A stretch of 44,942 nt of DNA from a bacterium (GTDB taxonomy: Bacteria; Patescibacteriota; Minisyncoccia; Phycocordibacterales; CAIRYW01). Below, piece by piece: positions 26,907 through 34,866 of the stretch. Every line of letters starts with the position of its first letter. Position 1 is the stretch's first letter. Under the pieces are notes generated by a model. That model was not told where the DNA came from and ran no database searches. It saw only the letters and a list, made by a program, of their open reading frames with translations. The stretch is taken from NCBI GenBank assembly GCA_031373235.1, contig JANMMK010000048.1, positions 1-44,942 of the forward strand, in the 5' to 3' direction. A program made the translations under genes and the position numbers.

Positions 26907-27636
26907 CACTCCCTACAATAGCAGCTGTTTCGGCTCGTAAAACTGTCTCTCCCAAAGAGACAGTTTTTACTTTTTTAGTCTTAAAAAGTTCTCGCTCACC
27001 TTCAGACCAACCACCCTCAGGACCGATAAGAAGTTTGTAGTTGTTAGCCTGCCTGTCCGGTAGGCAGGTTTGTAGTTTGTAGGAAGAAAGAGGTGCCCCA
27101 CCAAAGTCTGCGACAAACGTATTATCATCCAGACTAGAAACTACTAACTTCAAACTACAAACTTCTTCTACTTCTGGTATATTTCCCCGCCCGCACTGTT
27201 CACTTGCCTCAATAGCAATTTTCTTCAACCGTTCAATATTCAAGTGTGTATGCTCACTTCTTTCTGTCTCAATAGGTGTAATGCTCGCCACTCCAAGTTC
27301 TGTAAGTTTCTCAACCGCCCATTCAAACCGCTCTTTCCTGATACAAGCGAGAGACACATGAACTTCACTCTCTATTTTTTGAACCTCTTTCTCTTCTTGT
27401 ACCGAAAAATTAATACCCGTCTTATCTACTAGGGTAATTTCACACACGAAATCTTTTCCTGCTCCGTTAAATAAAATAACCTTGTCTCCCTTCCCCAACC
27501 GAAAAACATTTTTTATTTGATGAACAATCCGTTCGTCATTAAGTGTAATTAACTCACCTACTTTTAACTTTTCTTCACTTGAGCGAATATTTTCTTCTGA
27601 AAATGTTTTAGCTATGTAAAATCTATGTAATCTCAT
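26872..27636 (-). CDS. rsmE: 16S rRNA (uracil1498-N3)-methyltransferase RsmE with a 14-codon palindromic insertion
   Basis: MRLHRFYI start, PUA-like N-terminus, and LLIGPEGGWS and LGxxVLRAETA motifs. The 3' end overlaps tig by 35 nt (convergent). Confidence 0.88.
   Translation of the reverse strand: MRLHRFYIAKTFSEENIRSSEEKLKVGELITLNDERIVHQIKNVFRLGKGDKVILFNGAGKDFVCEITLVDKTGINFSVQEEKEVQKIESEVHVSLACIRKERFEWAVEKLTELGVASITPIETERSEHTHLNIERLKKIAIEASEQCGRGNIPEVEEVCSLKLVVSSLDDNTFVADFGGAPLSSYKLQTCLPDRQANNYKLLIGPEGGWSEGERELFKTKKVKTVSLGETVLRAETAAIVGSAILTLLDSQKS
27032..27082. repeat. in-frame palindromic mini-insertion inside rsmE
   Basis: A 21-nt perfect hairpin CCTGCCT-GTCCGGT-AGGCAGG (27048-27068) is flanked by 9-bp direct repeats AGTTTGTAG (27032-27040 and 27074-27082). 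The repeats are 42 nt (14 codons) apart. Confidence 0.6.
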
Positions 27637-27637
27637 A

Positions 27638-28429
27638 TTATTTTTTGTTACTTCTTATATCTTTATCCAACTCCTTAGCACTCCCCCAAGCAAGTTCATA
27701 AATTTTTTTCATTGCATCAGCGATCTCTTCACTCTCAATAATAATACCAAGCTTCTCTCTCCAGGATGCAATCATAACTTTGTTGTCGTAAATATTTATT
27801 TCAGGAGTAAAATTATATTTGTCATAAGGCACCAACAAACTTTCTCTCTTCTCCAACTTATCAAGCGAAGCTCTTTCTCTAGCCACTTCCGTATCTGGGA
27901 AAATTGCCCTGATAGAAATATTTTTAGCAGCTCGTCTTTTGTAATACTTTGGAAAATAATTTGGTATACCGCGATTAACGTCGTCGACGGCAGCATACGC
28001 ACGAATCGTTTCTGAAGATGAAAGAGTGTCCTCGTACACTTCTCGTAACCCCTCCTCCCCTTCGTAAAATTTAACTTGTGGACGAGAACCCACTTTATAA
28101 ATAGATCTTAGTTCTGGCAAGAGAACCTCTGCATACCGAAGATTAACCTCCTTTTTTTCTATATCCTTATTTAGATATGAAATAAGTTTATCTGGATTCT
28201 CACATCTATATTCTTGCTTCGGTTCTTTACCAGAAATAGAAATAAGTCCTTTTAATACCAAAGAATTTAAAATGTCATACCCGCTTGTCCTATTTATTCC
28301 TGCCCTTTTAGCAATTTCGCTGACTGTTCCCCTTCCAAGAGATAAGAGCGAAACATAAACACTTGCTTCTTTTTTATTAAAACCAAGTTCAAGAAGTGCT
28401 CGTTCAAAATTTGAATTAAATTCAGCCAT
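27638..28429 (-). CDS. TrmB-family transcriptional regulator
   Basis: N-terminal wHTH LGFNKKEASVYVSLLSLGRGTVSEIAKRAGINRTSGYDILNSLVLKGLI plus a TrmB-like C-terminal domain. 1-nt gap to rsmE. Confidence 0.8.
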   Translation of the reverse strand: MAEFNSNFERALLELGFNKKEASVYVSLLSLGRGTVSEIAKRAGINRTSGYDILNSLVLKGLISISGKEPKQEYRCENPDKLISYLNKDIEKKEVNLRYAEVLLPELRSIYKVGSRPQVKFYEGEEGLREVYEDTLSSSETIRAYAAVDDVNRGIPNYFPKYYKRRAAKNISIRAIFPDTEVARERASLDKLEKRESLLVPYDKYNFTPEINIYDNKVMIASWREKLGIIIESEEIADAMKKIYELAWGSAKELDKDIRSNKK

Positions 28430-28602
28430 ATTCAGTTAATTTACTATATATTATTACCTATTTTGTGTCAATAATTTTCCACAATTTTATTTATTTTAAG
28501 AAATATATATATTTTACAATAGTTTTTACGTTTTTATATGTTGTCATATATTGACGATTTACAAATATATTATGTAATTGTAAACGAATACTTGAAAACA
28601 AA

Positions 28603-29928
28603 ATGAATATCCTACTTATCAATCCTCGCTATCCTTACGGAAAAGCACAAACCTACCTCGGTGGGTCACTTACAGCTGTCGGTGCACAGATGCTTGCACT
28701 GGGTCACTTCGTTCGCATTACAGACCTAAATCATGAAGACCTTGATTTCTGTGGACATGATGTTGTTGGGGTGAGCGTTAGTGGCTCTCCCTATATTCCA
28801 TCAGCTATTGAGATTACTCGACAGGCAGAGCAAAAAGGAAAGAAAGTTCTCATCGGCGGTCAAGTGATTGCGAAACTCGGAAAAAATGAATTCGAAACAT
28901 TGTTCGGTAAATCTACGGTTCAAATCAAGAACTCGGAGGACTTAGCTCGGGCACTAGAATCAAAAGTTCCTGTGCCAAGAGCTTTCTCGCTATCACTTAT
29001 TCCTGTTTGGAAAACTCTTCCAGATGAAAAACTCAAGCTATACCTGAAACATGAAATGGCTTTAGTTGTATCGCAGGGGTGCCATTTCCAATGCGCCTTC
29101 TGTGCTGCGGAGAAAAAACAAAAAGAAGAATTCAAGTCTCATTTCGAAGAGGACTTGGAGTTTCTGGTTAGCAAAGCAAAAGAATTTGGACTTAAAAAAC
29201 TCGAATTCTACGCAAGCTCTCTAGACTTTTTTCAAAATCCGGAAGAAGTAGAAAAATGCCTCCGAATAGTTTCGCAAATCTCCAAAAAAAGTGGAGTTCG
29301 AATTAAAATCCGTTGTCTTGCTTGTATGTCTTCATTCATGAAAGCTTATGAAGTTATTCCTGAATTCAAAAAGCTTCTTCGCGAAAGTGGACTCTGGTGT
29401 ATTGGCTTCGGTATTGATGGCATTGATGCTGTGGCATGGAGTAACCAGAAAAAAATCCAGAATAAAACACTGGAACAAGTATGGAGATGCCTAGAAACAG
29501 CAGAGGAGTGTGGTGTAACTGCAGAAACACTACTCGTAATGGGGTTCCCCGAAGAAGGGTGGAGCCAGTTTTTCAAGTATCTACTTTTTGCTCTCAAGGC
29601 AATCCGTAGGCATAAGAACGTTGTCCTTCGTCCGTATCTTGCGAAAGCCCAAATACCTGGAAACGACTACTGGGGAGCAGATAACCCGCAAAGATTTTTT
29701 GTTCAAACACCAGAAAGGTTTATGAACTTGGATTTTTGTGCAGTTGGATCTCCTGAGACGCACCCCAGACGGTGGCAACGATACGGAGTGAACATTGCGT
29801 ACCTTATCATCTGTGCGCTTGGGCTTATTGGTAAGTGTTACACCTCACCACTCATGCCGGTCGGCAGTAGCCGGATGTGGAACAAGTTCGCAAAATGGTG
29901 GAATAGAGTAGTTCCTTTCGACCGATAA
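28603..29928 (+). CDS. B12-binding-domain radical SAM protein
   Basis: The N-terminus MNILLINPRYP...GGSLTAVGAQMLALGHFVRITDL...VVGVSV...VLIGG resembles a cobalamin-binding Rossmann domain. CxxxCxxC motif GCHFQCAFC. Richer in G+C than the flanks. Confidence 0.78.
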   Translation: MNILLINPRYPYGKAQTYLGGSLTAVGAQMLALGHFVRITDLNHEDLDFCGHDVVGVSVSGSPYIPSAIEITRQAEQKGKKVLIGGQVIAKLGKNEFETLFGKSTVQIKNSEDLARALESKVPVPRAFSLSLIPVWKTLPDEKLKLYLKHEMALVVSQGCHFQCAFCAAEKKQKEEFKSHFEEDLEFLVSKAKEFGLKKLEFYASSLDFFQNPEEVEKCLRIVSQISKKSGVRIKIRCLACMSSFMKAYEVIPEFKKLLRESGLWCIGFGIDGIDAVAWSNQKKIQNKTLEQVWRCLETAEECGVTAETLLVMGFPEEGWSQFFKYLLFALKAIRRHKNVVLRPYLAKAQIPGNDYWGADNPQRFFVQTPERFMNLDFCAVGSPETHPRRWQRYGVNIAYLIICALGLIGKCYTSPLMPVGSSRMWNKFAKWWNRVVPFDR

Positions 29929-29936
29929 ACAGTCTT

Positions 29937-29967
29937 CCCAGTTGTACTTAACAACTGGGGATTTTTT
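29937..29967 (+). terminator. intrinsic terminator after the radical SAM gene
   Basis: CCCAGTTGT-ACTTA-ACAACTGGG (9 bp) followed by T6. Confidence 0.8.
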
Positions 29968-29994
29968 ATTAAAAGTCTAAGACCTACAACATAC

Positions 29995-30828
29995 CTATAT
30001 ACCAATAAAATATTTTCTGAAAATTTTTCTTATTTTTTCTGCTTTGGCTGTATTTTTTGAAATCCTCATCTTATTATTTGTATTTTTTTGCTCTATAATT
30101 TTGTGAATTTTTTGAGCAGCATCTTTTTCATCTTTACTTCCACTCTTATAAACCAAATCAATTTCCCCGGCGGTTTTTTTATCAAGCCACACTTCAATAA
30201 TAATATTACCAAAACAGTTTGCGTAATAATTATTAGAAAATATTTCTTTACCTAGAAGATATACTCTCTTATTTTCCCCATCAAAATATTTTTTAACTGT
30301 ATTATCAAGCTCGGTTTTTCCGGCAATGAGAGCAATCCAAAAAATATTTCTCTTTTTTACTTCATCCATAAGTCCAACCTCGCTTTCATTTCGAGAAATC
30401 AAAAACCACTCATGCGGGTTATAAAGAAGAATGTTTTTTTCTTTTGCCATATTCGACAAAAGAAACATAAAAGCATGCGCCCAAAAAATATCAAGAGATA
30501 GAGAATTGTTGAACTGATATGTAATACTCTCTCTTTCGCGAAGCTTTAAAAAATTGGCACTGGTTGAATCATAAGCATAATTATTCTGGGACTGTTCAAA
30601 CATTTTTCTCATACGCTCGAGCCAAACCTGATGCAACGAAATAATTTTTCCAGCAATGGTTATAATCTCTTTTTGTTTTAATTTCTTTAATGCCAGATAC
30701 ACACTTTGCTTTGGTGTGTTATTTCTTACCTCTTGGACTTTTTTAATGAGCTCAGCGGAATAAAATGGCTTCTCCATTAAAAGCTTAGTAATAAGGGATT
30801 CGATCGATTTATCCAGTAACTCTTGCAT
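29995..30828 (-). CDS. hypothetical protein with putative N-terminal winged-helix domain
   Basis: 277 aa. The N-terminus FYSAELIKKVQEVRNNTPKQSVYLALKKLKQKEIITIAGK is wHTH-like. The remainder is unrecognised. Confidence 0.6.
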   Translation of the reverse strand: MQELLDKSIESLITKLLMEKPFYSAELIKKVQEVRNNTPKQSVYLALKKLKQKEIITIAGKIISLHQVWLERMRKMFEQSQNNYAYDSTSANFLKLRERESITYQFNNSLSLDIFWAHAFMFLLSNMAKEKNILLYNPHEWFLISRNESEVGLMDEVKKRNIFWIALIAGKTELDNTVKKYFDGENKRVYLLGKEIFSNNYYANCFGNIIIEVWLDKKTAGEIDLVYKSGSKDEKDAAQKIHKIIEQKNTNNKMRISKNTAKAEKIRKIFRKYFIGI

Positions 30829-30834
30829 TACTAA

Positions 30835-30862
30835 ATCATAGCTAGTTGGACCTAAAAGTCAA
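30835..30862 (-). promoter_or_regulatory. candidate promoter giving a leaderless or near-leaderless transcript of the 277-aa gene
   Basis: TTGACT-N16-TATGAT on the - strand. The -10 ends 7 nt before the ATG at 30828. The -35 lies inside the 31-nt palindrome. Confidence 0.4.
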
Positions 30863-30881
30863 TTTTAAATTGACTTTTAGG
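30851..30881. promoter_or_regulatory. 31-nt perfect palindrome (15-bp arms) in a divergent intergenic region; candidate operator
   Basis: CCTAAAAGTCAATTT-T-AAATTGACTTTTAGG, verified base by base. Confidence 0.6.
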
Positions 30882-30947
30882 CAAAATACCTCTATTTATT
30901 GGTTTAATTGACAAATATTAATTACTATTGTTTTACAGTTCTTTGAC

Positions 30948-31775
30948 ATGTTGTCGACGAACAAACCAATATATATGAAAACTCTTATAATCATAAACGG
31001 TGTCACCGGCGCAATAGGAAGTGCTTGCCTAGCTGAGCTTAGTCGAAATCCAAATATTGATATATACGGTCTTAGTAGAAAAGCACTTCCCTTCAAAAAA
31101 TTTCTTCGAAATGGAAATCTACCGACAAATACTATAGTATGCTCCATCGGGGATATTTCTGATCCGTCCTTGTGCAAATCTTTTACAGAAAAAATCGACA
31201 AGAATGCCTACGGTAGAATAATTTATATTCATGCCGTTGGAATCTATCCTTTCGAAATTGATAAATCAGGAAAAATAGAAGTTGCACATGATGAGGATGG
31301 TGATGGAATAGATGATCGAGTACTTAAACTCTCCAACAATGCATTTTTCGGGATGGTGAATGCTTTGGAAACAACAGGTTTACCGCTACACGGATTTATC
31401 TTCGGCGGAATCGCAGATCAATATGAACCTGTTGTACACAAGTCCTGGTGGACTGTAATGAAAAAAGTTAAAGAGAAGATGAGGCTGGAATCTGAAAGAA
31501 ACTCTGATCTTTCATTTACACTCCTCAACATTAGCTCAGTGATTTGTTTCAATGAATTACTCACCCGACCTTTTGTCTTCCAAGATACCGATGCACATCC
31601 TCGCTTCTGGTTAAAACCTCATGAAGTAGCAGAAAGAGTAGTTGAAATAATTTGTACTCCAAAAAAGGGACTCGTGGAAGAATTTTTGTTCCACGAGTCT
31701 GACTATTGCGGAAAGAACTACTTTTTAGACGAAAGGTTTACCCCAAGAAAATACAGAGAGCTTGGAATACGGTAA
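30948..31775 (+). CDS. NAD(P)-binding Rossmann-fold protein (SDR-like)
   Basis: MKTLIIINGVTGAIGSACL glycine-rich dinucleotide motif near the N-terminus. Alternative ATG at 30975. Confidence 0.65.
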   Translation: MLSTNKPIYMKTLIIINGVTGAIGSACLAELSRNPNIDIYGLSRKALPFKKFLRNGNLPTNTIVCSIGDISDPSLCKSFTEKIDKNAYGRIIYIHAVGIYPFEIDKSGKIEVAHDEDGDGIDDRVLKLSNNAFFGMVNALETTGLPLHGFIFGGIADQYEPVVHKSWWTVMKKVKEKMRLESERNSDLSFTLLNISSVICFNELLTRPFVFQDTDAHPRFWLKPHEVAERVVEIICTPKKGLVEEFLFHESDYCGKNYFLDERFTPRKYRELGIR

Positions 31776-31795
31776 CGTCGATAACAGATCACCTG

Positions 31796-31828
31796 GCCCG
31801 AGATTTTGAAATCGCGGGCTGATTTTTT
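31796..31828 (+). terminator. intrinsic terminator after the SDR-like gene
   Basis: GCCCGAGAT...ATCGCGGGC stem (one mismatch) followed by T6. Confidence 0.7.
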
Positions 31829-31858
31829 ATACTAAAGTCCTTATATATACTTATTCTT

Positions 31859-31876
31859 CAGTATACTAGTATACTG
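31859..31876. repeat. 18-bp perfect palindrome between convergent genes
   Basis: CAGTATACT|AGTATACTG. Confidence 0.5.
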
Positions 31877-31895
31877 ATATACAAAAACACCTCAA

Positions 31896-32426
31896 TTATT
31901 TTTCTCTTTTTGAAAACACTTTTTTAAACTCCTCCTCTCCGTAAAGTTCAGTTGGCAGAACTCTATCTATAAACAAAACGCCTTCGAGATGATCAAATTC
32001 GTGCTGGAAAATCCGCGCAAGAAAATCAGAAAATGTTTGTTCTAGTTTCTCCCCTTTCTCATTTTGAAATAGTACTTCAATACTTTTATACCGAGAAACC
32101 ATCGCTCGAAGTCCAGGAATAGACAAACATCCTTCCCAATCTTTCAGTATTTTTTTCGGTGTTGAAACAATTTTTGGATTTATCACCACAAGAGGTTTCC
32201 CCATATCTGGCGCTTTCGGGTACCTTTTGTTCGGTTTACTCCACATAATAAAAATTCTTTTGTTTACACCTACTTGTGGTGATGCAATACCTACACCATC
32301 TTTCGCCTTACAAATTCTCTTTAGATCTTTAATTAACTCCTTGTCAGCAGAAGTGAGTGGAAAACGAACCGTCTTGGACCGCGTCCTCAATATCTTACTC
32401 CCAAGCTGTACAACATTTCTTTTCAT
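31896..32426 (-). CDS. def: peptide deformylase
   Basis: GVGIASPQVG, EGCLSIPG and HEFDHLEG motifs. Confidence 0.93.
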   Translation of the reverse strand: MKRNVVQLGSKILRTRSKTVRFPLTSADKELIKDLKRICKAKDGVGIASPQVGVNKRIFIMWSKPNKRYPKAPDMGKPLVVINPKIVSTPKKILKDWEGCLSIPGLRAMVSRYKSIEVLFQNEKGEKLEQTFSDFLARIFQHEFDHLEGVLFIDRVLPTELYGEEEFKKVFSKREK

Positions 32427-32523
32427 GTATCTACTCTACACCCTTCCAACTAGTTTCAAAAATCATCCTCATCAGTCCGTGAATTGTTTTACCCTTGATA
32501 CAAAAAATACTTATTGTTATAGA

Positions 32524-32557
32524 AAATAAAAATCTCCGAGAGGGTGAGCTCTCAGAG
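32524..32557 (-). terminator. intrinsic terminator after the 217-aa gene
   Basis: On the - strand CUCUGAGAG-CUCAC-CCUCUCGGAG (9 bp including one G-U) followed by a U-rich run. The pairing is better on the - strand than on the + strand. Confidence 0.65.
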
Positions 32558-32567
32558 TTAAACTACG

Positions 32568-33221
32568 TCAAACTTTCCAACCTTTCCAGTCTGGATGAAG
32601 CTCGATTGAAAGACCAGGACAAGCGTGCTTAAGTGCTCGAACAGAAATAAGCTCTGCATTCGGACACTCCATGCACTTACCGACAAATCCAACGTGATAA
32701 ACACCAGTGCCGTCTTTCGGAAAGACAATGATGGCCCCGCGGTCTCCAGCAACATGCTCGGCGGCGTGAAGTTGAATTCTTCGGTAGTCTTCTGCGATAC
32801 TTTGATTTGCAATCTCTGCGACAATTGCAAACCCTTCGTTTTCGGCTATTCCTGCTTTCGATGGTCCTCCATCAAGATACATGTAATGTCTGAGAGCTCC
32901 CGGTCCGGTCTTAGGCACATTTGGCGCACCACCAACACGACCATCAGAGGTAACAAACCACGCATTGTGAACAAGTCCACCGATACCGATCTGCTTTTCT
33001 TTCCAGATACGTGAAGTATTAGCATCGCTTGCTTCTGGCTTTGTCCCCCATGGAAATGGATATCCTTGGTTGGCGACAATGAGCTCACACTGGTTTGCCA
33101 TACGAGAGTTTATAAGCCCTGCCGGCAATTCACATTGTGAGAGTTCTCCCTGAAAGGGAAAACGAAGGATCGCTCTCTTCCCAGAAGGAAGAATGATCCA
33201 GTTAGTATGATTAGTTTTCAT
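32568..33221 (-). CDS. hypothetical protein (217 aa), visibly GC-rich orphan; C-terminal CxxC...C segment
   Basis: ATG ORF with its own terminator. The C-terminus VGFVGKCMECPNAELISVRALKHACPGL is loosely NifU-C-like. No confident family assignment. Confidence 0.68.
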   Translation of the reverse strand: MKTNHTNWIILPSGKRAILRFPFQGELSQCELPAGLINSRMANQCELIVANQGYPFPWGTKPEASDANTSRIWKEKQIGIGGLVHNAWFVTSDGRVGGAPNVPKTGPGALRHYMYLDGGPSKAGIAENEGFAIVAEIANQSIAEDYRRIQLHAAEHVAGDRGAIIVFPKDGTGVYHVGFVGKCMECPNAELISVRALKHACPGLSIELHPDWKGWKV

Positions 33222-33314
33222 AGAACAATACTGCTTGGACGGTTGTGTCCATGAGTAATCTTTACAAAATATAGAAAAAGTAGTACTATGTCGTCATGGT
33301 CCGACAAATAAGAC

Positions 33315-34127
33315 ATGCATGAGGTAAAAAAAATCTTAGACTTATTTAATCTAAATAAAGAAGAAGAAGATATTTTTCTTTGTCTATTTTCATTTGGGGA
33401 ACAAAGTGTGGCAGAGACTGCAAAAAACAGTAATACGAAAAGAACAACTACTTATGGAATTGTAGGGAAACTTAAAGAGAAAAACCTTATTGAAGAAGTC
33501 CTGAAGAGTAGTGTTAAAAAGTATCGAATAGTAGACAAAGAGATCCTCAAGAAGAGATTAGACTCAAAGATTTCAGAGATTAAAGAAGCCAAGGATACTA
33601 TCGAATCTGTCTTTACTTCCCTATCCGGTTTAAAATCTAATAAGCCTGAGATAAAGTTTTTTCAAGGAAAAGAAGGAGTGCAATTTGTTTTAAATGATTT
33701 AATTATTAAACAAAATATTGAAACAGAAAGTTTTTGGCCAATAGAGAAGATGATCAAAATACTGGGTAAAGACTACTTTAGATTTCTAAACAAAGAAAGA
33801 ATAAAGAGAAATATTTATACAAGAGCAATTTGGCCAGCAAAACAGATTATTGATACAAAAATTCATCCCTATTTAGGTTCTGGAGAAGAATTTCTTAGAG
33901 AAATCCGTATAGCACCTAAGGGTATTAATTTCTCACTTGGATACTGGATTTATGAAAACAACGTCGTTTTTATCTCTTCAGAAAAAGAAGTTTACGCTTT
34001 TATTATAAAAAGTGATGAATTTTCTGACATGCTTCGAAAGCAATTTAACATTATCTGGGATACATCAAAAAAATTAAAACAAAAAATGAATAATGAAATG
34101 AAGGACTTTTTAAAAGAAAAGAAATAA
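33315..34127 (+). CDS. TrmB-family transcriptional regulator (paralog of 27638-28429)
   Basis: N-terminal wHTH LNKEEEDIFLCLFSFGEQSVAETAKNSNTKRTTTYGIVGKLKEKNLI. The C-terminal domain is collinear with the other TrmB-like protein (KFFQGKEG / KFYEGEEG). Confidence 0.75.
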   Translation: MHEVKKILDLFNLNKEEEDIFLCLFSFGEQSVAETAKNSNTKRTTTYGIVGKLKEKNLIEEVLKSSVKKYRIVDKEILKKRLDSKISEIKEAKDTIESVFTSLSGLKSNKPEIKFFQGKEGVQFVLNDLIIKQNIETESFWPIEKMIKILGKDYFRFLNKERIKRNIYTRAIWPAKQIIDTKIHPYLGSGEEFLREIRIAPKGINFSLGYWIYENNVVFISSEKEVYAFIIKSDEFSDMLRKQFNIIWDTSKKLKQKMNNEMKDFLKEKK

Positions 34128-34209
34128 ACTTTAGTTGTTGACTAATTCTCTCTTTCCTCTATTCTGTATCTATATTATTCTTAATTCCTAATACTTAATT
34201 CTTACATCT

Positions 34210-34788
34210 ATGAGTTATCTAATACCGACAGTTATTGAAAAAACAAACATGGGCGAACGAGCTTATGATATCTATTCTCGTTTACTTCGAGAAAATATCA
34301 TTTTCCTCGGCGGACCAATTGACGATGGAGTTGCAAACATTGTCATTGCCCAACTTCTTTTCCTCCAATCAGAAGACCCAAAGAAAGACATTACTCTCTA
34401 TGTAAACTCTCCTGGGGGATCAGTTACTGCCGGGCTCGCTATTATAGACACCATGAACCACATCAAGAATGATGTTGCCACTGTATGTATCGGTATGGCG
34501 GCATCTATGGGAGCAGTTATCCTTTCAAGTGGCGCAAAAGGTAAAAGATTTGCACTGACTAATAGTGAAGTAATGATTCACCAGCCACACGGAGGAGCTG
34601 AAGGACAAGCGTCAGATATTGAAATAAGTGCACGACGAATCATTAAAAACAGAGAGGTTCTCAACAAAATTCTTGCAAAAAACTCTGGACAAACACTCGC
34701 AAAAATAGAAAAGGATGTTGACCGAGACTTCTTCATGAATAGCGAAGAAGCAAAGAAGTACGGTATCATCGACAAAGTACTCAGCTAA
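34210..34788 (+). CDS. clpP: ATP-dependent Clp protease proteolytic subunit
   Basis: 192 aa. [25 protein letters not shown] (Ser) and IHQP (His). Confidence 0.95.
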   Translation: MSYLIPTVIEKTNMGERAYDIYSRLLRENIIFLGGPIDDGVANIVIAQLLFLQSEDPKKDITLYVNSPGGSVTAGLAIIDTMNHIKNDVATVCIGMAASMGAVILSSGAKGKRFALTNSEVMIHQPHGGAEGQASDIEISARRIIKNREVLNKILAKNSGQTLAKIEKDVDRDFFMNSEEAKKYGIIDKVLS

Positions 34789-34802
34789 AAAACAACTCTT
34801 CT

Positions 34803-34834
34803 CGCTCTGGACTTTATCCAGAGCGGTTTTTTTT
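34803..34834 (+). terminator. intrinsic terminator after clpP
   Basis: CGCTCTGGA-CTTTA-TCCAGAGCG followed by T8. Confidence 0.85.
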
Positions 34835-34835
34835 A

Positions 34836-34863
34836 TAAAAAATCACCTCAATACAATGAGGTG
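34836..34863 (-). terminator. intrinsic terminator for the 39-aa micro-ORF
   Basis: CACCTCA-ATACAA-TGAGGTG. A U run follows on the - strand. Confidence 0.6.
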
Positions 34864-34866
34864 CTC

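Noticed and set aside
31840-31880. The convergent-gene spacer as a XerCD dif site
   Set aside because: There is no convincing match to the dif consensus I remember (central hexamer flanked by ATAA/TTAT arms), and the terminus position cannot be judged from one window.
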